A stretch of DNA of 64,000 nucleotides, taken from Calditrichia bacterium. GTDB taxonomy: Bacteria; Calditrichota; Calditrichia; JAJRVZ01. Position 1 is the first letter of the stretch. Every line of letters begins with the position of its first letter. The DNA is taken from positions 585,470-649,469 of the forward strand of contig CAWCNS010000009.1 in assembly GCA_963796965.1 (NCBI GenBank), read 5' to 3'. Shown here in pieces: positions 20,479-31,268 of the stretch. The notes beneath the pieces are model-generated. The model saw only the letters and a program-made list of their open reading frames with translations, was not told the DNA's origin and did no database searches. The position numbers and the translations under genes are program-made.

Positions 20479-21954
20479 ATGAATGCCCCTAAAAACAAAT
20501 CAAGATCAGAGGATGCACAGGAACTATATAAATTCGGATACGAGCAGCAACTCAAGCGTTCTATGGGTGGATTTTCAAGTTTTGCCATTTCATTTTCGTT
20601 GATATCCATTATTACCGGTATATTTGCTAATTTTGGATATGGCATTAAACTGGTTGGTCCCTATATCTTATGGTCCTGGGCATTAGTGGGAGCAGGGCAG
20701 TTTTTTGTTGCCCTGGTAATGGCTGATCTTTCCACACGTTATCCTCTTTCGGGATATGGATACCAGTGGACCAGCCGGCTTATGAATCCTCAATTCGGAT
20801 ATTTTGTAGGGTGGTTACTATTAATGCAATTCCTAACGGGCTTTCCCGGCGTTTGCCAGGCTCTTGCAGATACAGTATACAACATCATTGCCGGAGGAGG
20901 TAATGCAGATTGGACCATTACCTGGATAACCGTTGGGGTAATCTCTCTTATTACAGTTATTCATTTATACGGTATCCGCATCGTTTCATTGGTTAATGAT
21001 CTGGGGGTTTATACGGAAATTATTGGTGCTGCTGCCATCATTTTGATCCTATTAAGCCTTTATTTTTTATCTCAACAATTTGATTTTTCAAATTTTATGA
21101 ATCAGCTACGTAGGCAGGATGCAACGGGACCGGGTCTTTCGGCTTTTGCCTTATCTTTGCTAATGGGCGCATGGTGTCTTACTGGTTTTGAAGCGGCTGC
21201 GGATTTAGCGGAAGAAACCCATCGCCCTCGCCATACTGTTCCCCGTGCTGTTATTACATCACAGGTCACGGCTGCTCTTGGTGGTTTTTTATTGTTATTA
21301 GCATTAATTCTCTCTGTAGATGATTGGTCTCTTGTTAAGGCAAATGACTCACCTCTGATTTATATTCTTACATCGCGCCTTGGATCACAATGGATGTCTT
21401 TAATTGGATTAATTATTATATTGTCTATACTGGCCTGCGGTGTCGCCTCCATGGCCACTGCAAGTAGATTGATTTACTCCATGTCCAGGGACAATATTCT
21501 ACCCTTCTCATCACATCTTAAGCGTGTGCATACAAAATTTAAAGTGCCCCGTGCGGCTATATTATTGGTTTGGGCCGTATCTGTATTATGCGTGATTCTG
21601 CTCCGCCATCTTGAATTGATTACCAGTATTTCCGCAGTTGCCGGATATTTGGGATATGCGGGAATTATTTATGCGGCCATTTCTACAACTGGAAAAACAA
21701 ACAATATAACACAGGGATTTTCATTAGGTAAATATCGGCAACCGATACAAATCACCGCCATGATTTGGACTTTGGTTGTAGTTGGCGCCTTAACAGTTCC
21801 AGAAACCCAAATCCCCGGTTTAACAGAAACCCATCTTCCATTAAAATCGACGATTGTGGCAATCATTCTGGGAATCGCTATTTATATTGGGGTTATTCAA
21901 AAACGAATAAAAGCGGGTGAAGCAGGTCCGCCTGATATAACAAAAAATAATTGA
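20479..21954 (+). CDS. amino acid permease (APC superfamily transporter)
   Basis: 491 aa, ~12 TM, with the APC-type N-terminal signature region FSSFAISFSLISIITGIFANFGYG. Confidence 0.85.
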   Translation: MNAPKNKSRSEDAQELYKFGYEQQLKRSMGGFSSFAISFSLISIITGIFANFGYGIKLVGPYILWSWALVGAGQFFVALVMADLSTRYPLSGYGYQWTSRLMNPQFGYFVGWLLLMQFLTGFPGVCQALADTVYNIIAGGGNADWTITWITVGVISLITVIHLYGIRIVSLVNDLGVYTEIIGAAAIILILLSLYFLSQQFDFSNFMNQLRRQDATGPGLSAFALSLLMGAWCLTGFEAAADLAEETHRPRHTVPRAVITSQVTAALGGFLLLLALILSVDDWSLVKANDSPLIYILTSRLGSQWMSLIGLIIILSILACGVASMATASRLIYSMSRDNILPFSSHLKRVHTKFKVPRAAILLVWAVSVLCVILLRHLELITSISAVAGYLGYAGIIYAAISTTGKTNNITQGFSLGKYRQPIQITAMIWTLVVVGALTVPETQIPGLTETHLPLKSTIVAIILGIAIYIGVIQKRIKAGEAGPPDITKNN

Positions 21955-21978
21955 TAATTAATTTAACCTGCATTATCT

Positions 21979-22036
21979 GTCATTCCAAACTTGTTGCGGA
22001 ATCTCTTGGCAATCGAATCTGAAAACCTGAATTCAT
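21979..22036. repeat. REP/MITE-like palindromic intergenic element (GTCATTCC...GGAATC family), copy 1 (degenerate)
   Basis: gtcattccaaacttgttgcggaatct... is shared with the copies at 61464 and 63898. Located 3' of the permease gene. Confidence 0.5.
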
Positions 22037-22084
22037 TGTAGTAGTGTATAAGTGCAGTAATTTACATGATAAGGGGATAATATT

Positions 22085-23110
22085 GTGACCGAGATAAAGG
22101 GGCAAACAAATGTTAAATCTGTCAGATTTGGCAGTGGTTGTTTAAAGGGAATTGGTAAAGAAATAGGAAAATTTGTTGTAATGACCATGGATCTTCCCTG
22201 GGAGGTCACGCAAGACCATCTCGGTGCTGAACCACATGACATTGTCTTTGTTGATTCTGTAGAAAAGGTGATTCTGGATCAAACAATATCCGAATTACCT
22301 CTATGCGATACAGTTATTGGGATTGGCGGAGGCAAAGCTATTGATGCTGCAAAATATATGGCCTGGAAACGTGGGATCCGACTTGTTTCTGTACCAACCA
22401 TTATTAGTGTTGATGCTTTCGTTACACCGGCCGCCGGTGTCAGGGTAGAGCATGAAGTCGTCTATATCGGAGAGGCCAGCCCCGATCCTTTAATCATTGA
22501 TTACAATGTTATTCGTTCTGCTCCTCCTGAATTAAATATTGCCGGCATTGGTGATCTTCTTTCCATGCACACAGCAACCTACGATTGGGAGATTGCTGAG
22601 CAGGAGGGACAATCCAACTACCCCTTCTCAAACAGGGATATACAAAATGCAAGAAATATTCTTACTGACCTCTATGGGCGTCTTACCGATATCAGGGAAG
22701 TATCGGACTCCGGCCTTCGATCAATCGTTGAAGGGTATATGCGTTTAAATACTATCTGCTTGCCGGCAGGCCATTATCGTGTTGAAGAGGGATCAGAGCA
22801 CTTTCTATTTTATGAACTCGAAGAACGTTTGCAACATGCATTTATTCATGGTCATATTGTTGGCCTGGGAATATATTTAATGAGTCGTTTACAAAATAAT
22901 CAGGTTGAAGAGATTACAGGTATTATGGATGAGGTAGGATTAGAATATCATCCTGGCGGGATGGAAATTCAAAAGAAAAATCTTATTGACAGTCTTAAAA
23001 ATCTAAGATTTTTCGTGGAGAGCAGAGATAATCTATGGTATACGGTTATTGATAAAACAGAAATGACTGATGATTGGATTTCTGAGGCCATTTCTGGATT
23101 AAAATTTTAA
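22085..23110 (+). CDS. sn-glycerol-1-phosphate dehydrogenase-like protein (AraM/EgsA family; DHQS/iron-ADH fold)
   Basis: GTG start. GIGGGKAIDAAKYMAW nucleotide loop, PTIISVDAF (SxDG-like) and the conserved IAGIGDLLSMHTATYDWEIAE / H..LQHAFIHGHIVG metal-binding His cluster. 341 aa. Confidence 0.65.
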   Translation: MTEIKGQTNVKSVRFGSGCLKGIGKEIGKFVVMTMDLPWEVTQDHLGAEPHDIVFVDSVEKVILDQTISELPLCDTVIGIGGGKAIDAAKYMAWKRGIRLVSVPTIISVDAFVTPAAGVRVEHEVVYIGEASPDPLIIDYNVIRSAPPELNIAGIGDLLSMHTATYDWEIAEQEGQSNYPFSNRDIQNARNILTDLYGRLTDIREVSDSGLRSIVEGYMRLNTICLPAGHYRVEEGSEHFLFYELEERLQHAFIHGHIVGLGIYLMSRLQNNQVEEITGIMDEVGLEYHPGGMEIQKKNLIDSLKNLRFFVESRDNLWYTVIDKTEMTDDWISEAISGLKF

Positions 23111-23141
23111 TAATTTCCAGATGTAAATCCTCAATTGGCAA

Positions 23142-23801
23142 TTGGTAATTAAAAAAGAGATTGATACAAAGATCTGGATAAATGTTCATAATTTTGAAGA
23201 TTGGATAAATGCTGATTTTATTCTCACCAATTTGGAAGAAAGGGGTAAAAAACACTATGTTGATGCATCCGCCTTTCATAATTACAGCAATTCACCTGCA
23301 TCACATATGAAAGATCTTTATCAGAAACATCCAGACACAAAAATTGTATTTACGGAACATTCCGAATGGGGTGTTTTCGGTATGTACAATCTCCAACAAT
23401 ACTTCTGGAATTGGTCATCTTCCTATATGTATTGGGTTACAATGACTACTGCACAGTTAGACGAACACAATCAGAGTCCCTACAACAACGTGGATGACCT
23501 TTCACCCACCTTATTAATTGAACAAAAGGATGATCCATCCAAATGGTATGTAACAGCAGAATATTATTTACTCTCCCACTTTTCAAAATTTATTCGACCC
23601 GGAGCCGTGCGCATCGCCTGTGACAAGGGATCCGTAGACAGGATAATATTCGTTGGGTTTATTAATCCAAACAGTACCATAGTTCTCGTTGCTGTTAATC
23701 AGACTCAGATGACTCAATCTTTTACCCTGAAATTTAAAGACCAGTGCTTAACAACTGCTCTGCAAAAAAAATGTATAGGAACTTATGTCTGGAAGAATTA
23801 A
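23142..23801 (+). pseudogene. glycoside hydrolase family 30 (glucosylceramidase-like) C-terminal fragment; N-terminal ~250 aa of the TIM barrel missing
   Basis: FTEHSEWGV (nucleophile region), ...YYLLSHFSKFIRPGAVRI... and the C-terminal beta-sandwich align to the last ~220 aa of GH30 enzymes. There is no room upstream for the missing N-terminus, because the G1PDH-like gene ends at 23110. Confidence 0.55.
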
Positions 23802-23857
23802 TTTTAAGAGGTATTAGAACTTCTAATACAAACATGCTAACTAACTATGGATTATAA

Positions 23858-24706
23858 ATGAATGCTATATTACTATTATCCTGCCCCGATCGGAGGGGCC
23901 TTGTCTCACGAATCTCACACTTCATATACGAGCGTGGCGGCAATATTCTTGATCTGGATGAACATGTAGATCCGGAAGATCATATATTTTTTATCCGGGT
24001 AGCCTGGGATATGGAAAACTTTAGTATTCCTGCTGATCAACTTACAGAAGCCTTTTTACCTTTAGCCAAAGAATTTAAAGCTCATTGGGAAATCCGTTTT
24101 GATCAAAAGATACAGAATGTCGCCCTTTTCGTTTCCAAATATGACCATTGCCTTCAGGATATTTTATGGCGACATCAGATCAGGGAATTTAGGATGAATA
24201 TTCTCCTTATTGTTTCGAACCATCCTGATTTAAAAAAATTAGCGGATCATTATAGAATTCCTTTTCATGTATTTCCCATTGACAAATCAAATAAAGACGA
24301 TCAGGAAAAGAAAGAACTAAAATTACTATCAGAAAATAACGTTGATACTATTGTGTTAGCCCGATATATGCAAATATTATCCCCCAGGATGGTAGAACAG
24401 TATCCGAATCGTATTCTCAATATTCACCATTCATTTTTACCGGCATTTATTGGTGGAAACCCTTACAAGCAGGCTTACCAGCGCGGAGTAAAAATCATTG
24501 GTGCCACCAGTCATTATGTAACCCCAGATCTGGATGAAGGCCCCATCATTGAGCAGGATATTATCCGGATCTCTCATAAAGATACCCTCAAGGACCTGGT
24601 TCGAAAAGGCAGAGATCTTGAACGTCTGGTCCTAGCCAGGGCACTTCATCATCATCTTGAGGATCGCGTATTGGTTCACGGACACCGAACAATAATTTTT
24701 GAGTGA
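23858..24706 (+). CDS. purU: formyltetrahydrofolate deformylase
   Basis: N-terminal ACT domain (MNAILLLSCPDRRGLVSRISHFIYERGGNILDLDEH) plus a formyltransferase domain (NIHHSFLPAFIGGNPYKQAYQRGVKIIGATSHYVT). Confidence 0.9.
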   Translation: MNAILLLSCPDRRGLVSRISHFIYERGGNILDLDEHVDPEDHIFFIRVAWDMENFSIPADQLTEAFLPLAKEFKAHWEIRFDQKIQNVALFVSKYDHCLQDILWRHQIREFRMNILLIVSNHPDLKKLADHYRIPFHVFPIDKSNKDDQEKKELKLLSENNVDTIVLARYMQILSPRMVEQYPNRILNIHHSFLPAFIGGNPYKQAYQRGVKIIGATSHYVTPDLDEGPIIEQDIIRISHKDTLKDLVRKGRDLERLVLARALHHHLEDRVLVHGHRTIIFE

Positions 24707-24917
24707 TTTTTCCAATCAATGATGGCTTAAGCCAGAGTATATTCTAATCATGGTTTATGCTTATTCTCAGTAGTTTAAAGTAGCGACGCGGTTAAGAGGG
24801 TGTGTGAGAAGAAGAATCAACCATGGAATCACACAGATTTACACAGAAATTAAAAAAATTTATGGATTACTGTCTTACTTTATTTACTTAACTCACCAAC
24901 TTAAATCAGGGTATAGT

Positions 24918-25641
24918 ATGAACAGAGTAATTAATCGTGTTTTCTCCATTAATTTCTATTATTTTATAGCCTATCTTTTTACTTCCTCAATATATTCTCT
25001 ATTCTCAAGATAGTACAAATACTGATCCTGATCCTCTTCGTTTTGAGAAGCAGATTGAGATATTCATAGAATGGGACAAAAAGAACAGTTATCCTGAAAA
25101 GGCGGTATTATTTGCAGGAAGTTCGAGCATCAGATTGTGGCCTACCCACGAAGATTTTCCTGATATTCCCATAATTAACCGGGGATTTGGCGGTGCCCAT
25201 ATTTCCGATATGCTCTATTATTTCGATCAAACAATTAGAAAATATCATCCGGCAATTATTGTTTTTTATTGCGGGGATAATGATATTGCCGGTGAAAAAA
25301 CTGCTGGCAGGGTTTATAATGATTTTTTAAAATTTATTTCTAAGATGCATGATTACCTTCCCGGTACAAAGTTAATATATCTTCCCATCAAACCTAGTTT
25401 CTCCCGCTGGGAGATGTGGTCGGAAATGCAGAAAACAAATCAATTAATAAAAGACTTAATTCAAAAAAATGATGATCTAATCTATGTTGATACTGCTAAT
25501 CCTTTAATTTCTGCAGAGAGCAAACCCTCACAATTTCTATTTATGTCTGACAGTTTACATCTAAACCAAAAGGGTTATAGAATCTGGCAATCGATTTTAA
25601 ATCCAAGTTTGATGAAATTTTATGATCAGATAAGTAAATAG
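24918..25641 (+). CDS. SGNH/GDSL-family hydrolase (lipase/esterase), signal peptide separated from catalytic domain by a frameshift near 24974-24980
   Basis: Frame 3 has MNRVINRVFSINFYYFIAYLFTSS...* (signal-like). Frame 1 continues ...QDSTNTDPDPLRFEKQ...AVLFAGSSSIRLWPTHEDF...GDND (SGNH block I Ser in GSSS, block III GDND). Deleting one T from the T5 run joins them. Confidence 0.6.
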
Positions 25642-25812
25642 CGATCCCATCACTTTTTTGACAGCATTCCTATACTTTGCCTCCAAATGAAAATAAATAT
25701 TCTCAATGAGAACAATAACGCGACTATATATTTGAACAGAAATATAAAGTTGAATAAATTATAGGTCGAATAATTATAAGTAAATATACAATGCCATGTT
25801 CAGATTTATAAT

Positions 25813-27309
25813 ATGTTAAAGAATTTAATCACAATACTTATTTTAATTTTGCCAGCATCTGGATTATTGATAGCGGCTGAGTCCTCCTCAGAATATTTGG
25901 TGGATCAGGAGGGTTATCGTTATATGGAAACCAAAGAATCCGGCATGGATATAACAATTGACGGTGTTATGGATGAAACCGCCTGGCTAAATGCTAAATT
26001 TCAGGATCAATTTCTTCAGCGCGAACCAAAATATGGTGAAAAGATTAGTGAAGAAACGCTAGTTGCTGTTCTCAAAGATGGGGATTATCTATATATTGGC
26101 ATTAAATGCTATGACAGCCCTGTCTCTAAAATAATCGCCAACGAAATGCGTCGTGATGCCCGGGTTGATAATGATGATTTTTTTGAGTTAATACTCGATA
26201 CATTTCATGACCATCGAAACGGTTATTATTTTATTATTAATCCGAATGGGGTGAAGCGAGATGCAACAGTCGGTGATGAAGGAAAATCCTATAATCCCGA
26301 TTGGGATGGTATCTGGGATTGTGCTACCGAAATTACCGATGAAGGCTGGTTTGCAGAAATCGCTATTCCCTGGGAAACGTTGCGTTTTGATCCTAACCGT
26401 GACTCACTTTGGGGTATAAATTTTGCCCGAATGATCCGAAGAAAAAATGAACACGCCTTTTGGCAGTTAGTGCCCCTCGACGCCGGACGTGGCGGATTGT
26501 TTCGTATTTCACAAGCAGGTGAATTACGTGGACTAACCAATATTCAGGCCGGTGGGAATATTGATATCGAGCCCTATTTGATGGGTGGTATTTCCCGGAA
26601 CCCCGAAGTACTGCAAACACAAAAGAATGTCACAGAAGTGGGAATCGATGCCACTCTTGCTTTGACTTCTAATGTTAATCTTAAACTATCATGGAACACA
26701 GATTTTGCTCAGGTTGAATCAGACCAGGCCATGGTTAATCTTAGCCGTTTCTCCTTATATTTTCCTGAAAAAAGAGAATTTTTTCTTGATGGTGCAGAGA
26801 TTTTTAATTTTGGTAGTGCCAAGAGAAGAAGTGGGGGTGGTATCTTCGGGAATAATGTGAATCTTTTTTATAGTCGTCGCATTGGGATCGTTGAGGGACA
26901 TCAACAGCCAATCGTAGGTGGGGCAAAATTATTGGGTAAATTAGGTTCTTATCAATTTGGCTTCCTTAGTATGCAAACGGAGGGAATCACAGCCATTGAG
27001 GATGATTTATCAGTCAAATATGAAGGCGCCAACTATTCAGTATTTCGATTACGAAAAGATCTGTTTAAACGCTCCTCTATTGGTGTAATGATGCTTAATA
27101 AACAATATAGTCAGTCCCCTCTTTATAACCGTTCGGCTGGTATTGACGCCATTTTTCCATTAACTGAAACGTTTACCCTCGCTGGAAATATCGCGGCATC
27201 TGTTGACCCTTTATACAAAATGGTTGGTCTGAATGATAAAAACATGGCTGGTTCTTTTTCAGCCTGCCTACGATTCCGATCTTTGGGAGCTCAGTCTATC
27301 ACATCTTAG
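25813..27309 (+). CDS. DUF5916 / CBM9-like carbohydrate-binding hydrolase-family protein, N-terminal fragment (frameshift near 27255-27272)
   Basis: Signal peptide. The DGVMDETAWLNA...DDFFELILDTFHDHRNGYYFIINPNGVKRDA pattern typical of DUF5916 proteins. Ends in a nonsense tail after ...NDKNMAGSFS. Confidence 0.7.
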   Translation: MLKNLITILILILPASGLLIAAESSSEYLVDQEGYRYMETKESGMDITIDGVMDETAWLNAKFQDQFLQREPKYGEKISEETLVAVLKDGDYLYIGIKCYDSPVSKIIANEMRRDARVDNDDFFELILDTFHDHRNGYYFIINPNGVKRDATVGDEGKSYNPDWDGIWDCATEITDEGWFAEIAIPWETLRFDPNRDSLWGINFARMIRRKNEHAFWQLVPLDAGRGGLFRISQAGELRGLTNIQAGGNIDIEPYLMGGISRNPEVLQTQKNVTEVGIDATLALTSNVNLKLSWNTDFAQVESDQAMVNLSRFSLYFPEKREFFLDGAEIFNFGSAKRRSGGGIFGNNVNLFYSRRIGIVEGHQQPIVGGAKLLGKLGSYQFGFLSMQTEGITAIEDDLSVKYEGANYSVFRLRKDLFKRSSIGVMMLNKQYSQSPLYNRSAGIDAIFPLTETFTLAGNIAASVDPLYKMVGLNDKNMAGSFSACLRFRSLGAQSITS

Positions 27310-28075
27310 CATTCAGGAAAATTTTAACGCTGAAATGGGATTTATCAGAAGAACAGATATCCGGCGTACTTCCTCACAGATTCAATATTCACCAAGACCT
27401 GAGAATTTAAAGTCCATCCGTCAATTCGGCTATCAGCTTCAATATGACTATACGACCGACCAACAAAATCGCATGTTAGAATACGATATCGGAGCCCGAT
27501 TTTCAATAAACTTTCAGAATAGCTCAAGAGTATTTCTTGGGGTGAGCCGCGAAATGGAATTTGTAGATGAAGATTGGGAGGTGAGGGAAAATATCTTTAT
27601 TCCTAGTCAAAATTACGAAAGTTGGGAGTCTTTTGCCTGGCTTATGTCTGACGAGAGTAAAGATATATCAGGAGGCTTGTTTTTAATGTATGGTGATTAT
27701 TTTGGCGGAAAACGATATTATGCAAGTCCGGAATTAATATTTAAAAATTTTAAACGTTTACGTGCTGATATTGATTTTACCTATATTAATGTCACACTTC
27801 CAAATGGTGATTTTGATATTCGAACGGTCGGAGCCAGGTTTTATTATTTTTTCTCAACCAAACTCTTCCTGAAGGCTTATTTACAATGGAATGATGATCA
27901 GAAAGCGAACGAAGGTGATCGTATCGCTCTATCCAATGTTCTTCTTCGCTGGATTTACCGACCAGGTAGTGATATCTACCTCGTTTATAATGAGGGGTGG
28001 AATCTTGGCCCTCTTGGCAACCGGAATTTCAACAGGACACTCTTGCTTAAGTTTACCTATTTTTGGAGAAACTAA
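27233..28075 (+). CDS. DUF5916 protein, C-terminal fragment (frame 2 continuation)
   Basis: AYDSDLWELSLSHLSIQENFNAEMGFIRRTDIRRT... continues the beta-barrel-like C-terminal region. A T5 homopolymer at ~27255 sits at the frame junction. Confidence 0.7.
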   Translation: MIKTWLVLFQPAYDSDLWELSLSHLSIQENFNAEMGFIRRTDIRRTSSQIQYSPRPENLKSIRQFGYQLQYDYTTDQQNRMLEYDIGARFSINFQNSSRVFLGVSREMEFVDEDWEVRENIFIPSQNYESWESFAWLMSDESKDISGGLFLMYGDYFGGKRYYASPELIFKNFKRLRADIDFTYINVTLPNGDFDIRTVGARFYYFFSTKLFLKAYLQWNDDQKANEGDRIALSNVLLRWIYRPGSDIYLVYNEGWNLGPLGNRNFNRTLLLKFTYFWRN

Positions 28076-28265
28076 ATAGCGCCCGGATAGATTTCTTCCC
28101 TTTTAATATTTAAGATTCAATTTATCTCTTTGAACTTTCCTTTCTTTTTAATATTTTTTCCAATACCAGATGTAGTAAATCTTCAGTCAATCGAATTCAT
28201 ATAAATAACTATTAACTCTCTGTTAATTTTTAATAAAATTTTCAGACCCATTCACGGAGGATTAT

Positions 28266-29321
28266 ATGCTTACCTATTTTATCAGAATCTTTATCATGAT
28301 GCTAATTATCCCTGTTCTTCTCTACGCTCAGGACACACCCATGTGGAAAGCCCATGACTTAAACAGGCCTACACCAAAAATTATTACCCCGCCGGCACAA
28401 TACCTGCCGGTAATGCCTCCATCCGATGCGATCGTTTTGTATGGGGGTAAAGATTTGTCACAATGGGTTGGAATGGATGGTAAGGCGACAAAGTGGATCA
28501 ATGGAGAGGGCTACTTCGAGAGTGTCAAAGGGAGTGGTTATGTACAAACCAAACAAGCCTTCGGCGATATACAGTTGCATATAGAATGGTCTGCCCCACT
28601 CCCGGCAAAAGGTCAGAGTCAGGGTCGCGGTAACAGTGGGGTTTTTCTGATGGGAAGATATGAAGTTCAGGTGTTAGATTCCTACGAAAATATTACCTAT
28701 GCTGATGGCCAGGCCTCAGCCGTTTACGGACAATATCCACCTCAGGTAAATGCAGCTCGTCCCCCGGGAGAATGGCAATCCTATGATATCGTCTTCCGCC
28801 GCCCCAGATTTAACAGTTTGGGTGTAGTGGAAAAGCCAGCACGTATAACTGTGTTTCATAATGGTGTATTAGTTCAGGATAATGTGAATCCCTGGGGTGG
28901 CACAAACTGGCAACGATACACCCCTTACCAGTATCATCCCGACAAATTACCTCTTTCACTTCAGGACCATGGAAATCCGGTCCGTTTCCGTAATGTCTGG
29001 GTCCGTGAGCTTTCTGAAGAACCTGAGCAAGCTCCTAATTATCTGCCGTCCATTACACTTAATGAAAAAGATTTAAAAAAATATACTGGAACATACCAGG
29101 ACCAAAAGGGTGTGAAATACCAAATCATCCTTGAAGCAGACCAGTTATATTTAATTCGTCCCAATGACCGAAAAGACGATTTGATTATTCATACTAAGGA
29201 TAAGTTTTCCTTAAAATACACGGCGATGGACCTAGATTTTCAATTGGACAAAAATGGCATACCGGTAGAAATGACCCTTACCTTCACCGGAGATAATTTT
29301 AAATTCAAGAAAATTGAATAA
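28266..29321 (+). CDS. secreted DUF1080 protein (3-keto-disaccharide hydrolase / LamG-like jelly-roll)
   Basis: Signal peptide. WINGEGYFE..GSGYVQTKQAFGDIQLHIEW...GNSGVFLMGRYEVQVLDSY...GEWQSYDIVFRRPRF is the conserved DUF1080 core. Confidence 0.8.
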   Translation: MLTYFIRIFIMMLIIPVLLYAQDTPMWKAHDLNRPTPKIITPPAQYLPVMPPSDAIVLYGGKDLSQWVGMDGKATKWINGEGYFESVKGSGYVQTKQAFGDIQLHIEWSAPLPAKGQSQGRGNSGVFLMGRYEVQVLDSYENITYADGQASAVYGQYPPQVNAARPPGEWQSYDIVFRRPRFNSLGVVEKPARITVFHNGVLVQDNVNPWGGTNWQRYTPYQYHPDKLPLSLQDHGNPVRFRNVWVRELSEEPEQAPNYLPSITLNEKDLKKYTGTYQDQKGVKYQIILEADQLYLIRPNDRKDDLIIHTKDKFSLKYTAMDLDFQLDKNGIPVEMTLTFTGDNFKFKKIE

Positions 29322-29427
29322 TCCAGATAATGGGTGATTTACTTACAGGATCGTGATTAAGTCTTATAAATTCTTGCTGTGATACCATGCAAAGGTTAGA
29401 AAAAGAAGTTCAGAAAAGAGGGATAAT

Positions 29428-30316
29428 TTGAAGATACTTTTGATCTATAATCCTCATGCTGGTCATAAACGTGCACACAAGTTGCTTCCGGAAGTTGAAG
29501 CAGAATTCAACAGATATGATGTTAATTTTGACCTCCAACTAACCGATTATCCGGAACATGGCATTGAGATTATCTCTCAGACAGATTTCTCAAAATACGA
29601 TGGTATCATAGCCGCTGGCGGAGATGGCACTATTTTCGAGGTAATAAATGGTTATTATAAAAATAATCAGTCACAGAAACCTCCTTTGGGTGTTCTTCCT
29701 GTAGGAACAGGTAATGCATTCGCCCGCGATCTGAACTTACACACGGATCACTGGAAAGACGCAGTAAAGATCATTAGCCAGAATCGCACCAAAGGTGTCG
29801 ATGTTGGACACTTCAAAACCCACGGTCAGGATTATTATTTTTTAAATATTCTGGGCGTGGGTTTTGTTGCTGATGTAACACAAACGGCCCACAAATTGAA
29901 GTTCGTTGGCAACATATCCTATACTTTAGGTGTATTGTACCGCACCATCTTTTTAAAGCCTGACAAAATGAAGATCTATCTGGATGATAATTTAATTGAA
30001 CGTGCCTGCACATTTATTGAGGTTTCAAACACACGCTATACCTCGAATTTTCTGATGGCGCCAGCTGCTAAAATTGATGATGGATTATTTGATATAACCA
30101 TTGCCGGACAATTCGGGCGGTTAAAACTATTACAAAGTTTCCCAAAAATCTTCACGGGAGAGCATATCAATTTAGAATGAGATTGAAACCTATCAGGCAA
30201 AAAAAATTAAAATAGAAAGCGAGATATCAAAAGTGCTGACACCTGATGGTGAGTTGGTGGGAATTACGCCTGTTGAGATTAATTGTTTACCAAAGGCAAT
30301 CGAGGTGTTTTGGAAA
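29428..30316 (+). CDS. diacylglycerol-kinase-catalytic-domain lipid kinase (YegS/BmrU family); C-terminal ~45 aa in a different frame (shift near 30170-30180)
   Basis: GGDGT motif (IIAAGGDGTIFEVING) and PVGTGNAFARDL. After ...FTGEHINLE* the frame-2 continuation IETYQAKKIKIESEISKVLTPDGELVGITPVEINCLPKAIEVFWK matches the conserved DAGK C-terminus. Confidence 0.7.
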
Positions 30317-31023
30317 TGAGGTTTCCTCAGTCGGTATACCTCTGGTTAGTGGCTTCTGTATATTTTATATCATTTTTGTTCATCGCCCTGGGGGTGTCAT
30401 TTCTTTTTAGGCCCGAGAGATATGACCCCTGGCTTAAAAAAATCTTACGCTGTTTTTTCAAGGTACTTCGTATCCCTGTAATAGTCGAAGGATCAGAACA
30501 AATTGATCCCACAAAATCTTATCTGTTCATGTCCAATCATGTCAGTTTGTTTGATATTCCTTTACTTGGGGGCTTTGTTCCGGGATTGGTCCGGGGATTA
30601 GAAGCACAACGCCAACATCGTTGGCCATTGTACGGTTGGGTAATGGGGCGGTTGGGAAGCATTCCTATAGAAAGAGAAAACATTCACAGCTCCATCAAAT
30701 CCATGAAGAAAACTGCAAATGCCATCAATGAGGGTCTTTCTATAATCATTCTACCTGAGGGACATCGCACTCTTGATGGAAATCTCAAGCCATTTAAAAA
30801 ACTACCATTTTATTTAGCAAAAAAGATTGATAAGGATCTTGTTCCCATTGGACTTTCAGGACTCTTTACCTTAAAGCGTAAAGGATCCTGGCACATACAA
30901 CCAATCACAATAAAATTGAAGATTGGCAAAAGAATATCCCGTGAAAAAATTGATGCACTTTCAACACACGAATTAAGAGATTATGTGAGAGACAAAATAA
31001 AGGATCTTGTTGAGGAACCTTAA
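30314..31023 (+). CDS. plsC: 1-acyl-sn-glycerol-3-phosphate acyltransferase (lysophospholipid acyltransferase)
   Basis: HxxxxD motif (SNHVSLFDIPLL) and the PEGHRT motif. ATG overlaps the stop of the upstream lipid kinase (ATGA), consistent with translational coupling. Confidence 0.8.
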
Positions 31024-31154
31024 CTCTGAATTTATAATTTACTTTTATCTTTGTCCCACCTACGGTGGTGCATGCTAAAAAATGTTTACGATTTTCATTT
31101 GCATATAAGTTTTTTAAAAATAATAGTGACAGCTGGTATGATCAGATTGGAAAC

Positions 31155-31246
31155 CACAAAGATATACAGAAGATACACAGAATTTAATTTGTAATACTTT
31201 TGTATATATATTTTTAAAACTCTGTGTGTCTCTGTGTAATTCTGTG
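31155..31246. promoter_or_regulatory. inverted pair of 10-bp-phased triplet repeats (3x CACAGA ... AT-rich 35-bp spacer ... 3x TCTGTG)
   Basis: ccacaaagata tacagaagata cacagaat ... tctgtgtgtc tctgtgtaat tctgtggtta. Lies in a 540-bp intergenic region. Confidence 0.45.
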
Positions 31247-31268
31247 GTTAAACAATTATTGTTAAAGA

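Noticed and set aside
31155-31253. Replication origin (oriC) call for the phased-repeat / AT-rich segment
   Set aside because: Only one repeat approaches the DnaA-box consensus (TTAACCACA, 8/9). There is no dnaA, dnaN or other origin-flanking gene nearby, and the repeat motif family (CTYYGTG) recurs at ordinary promoters elsewhere in the window. I kept it as a regulatory or iteron-like finding rather than annotating an origin.
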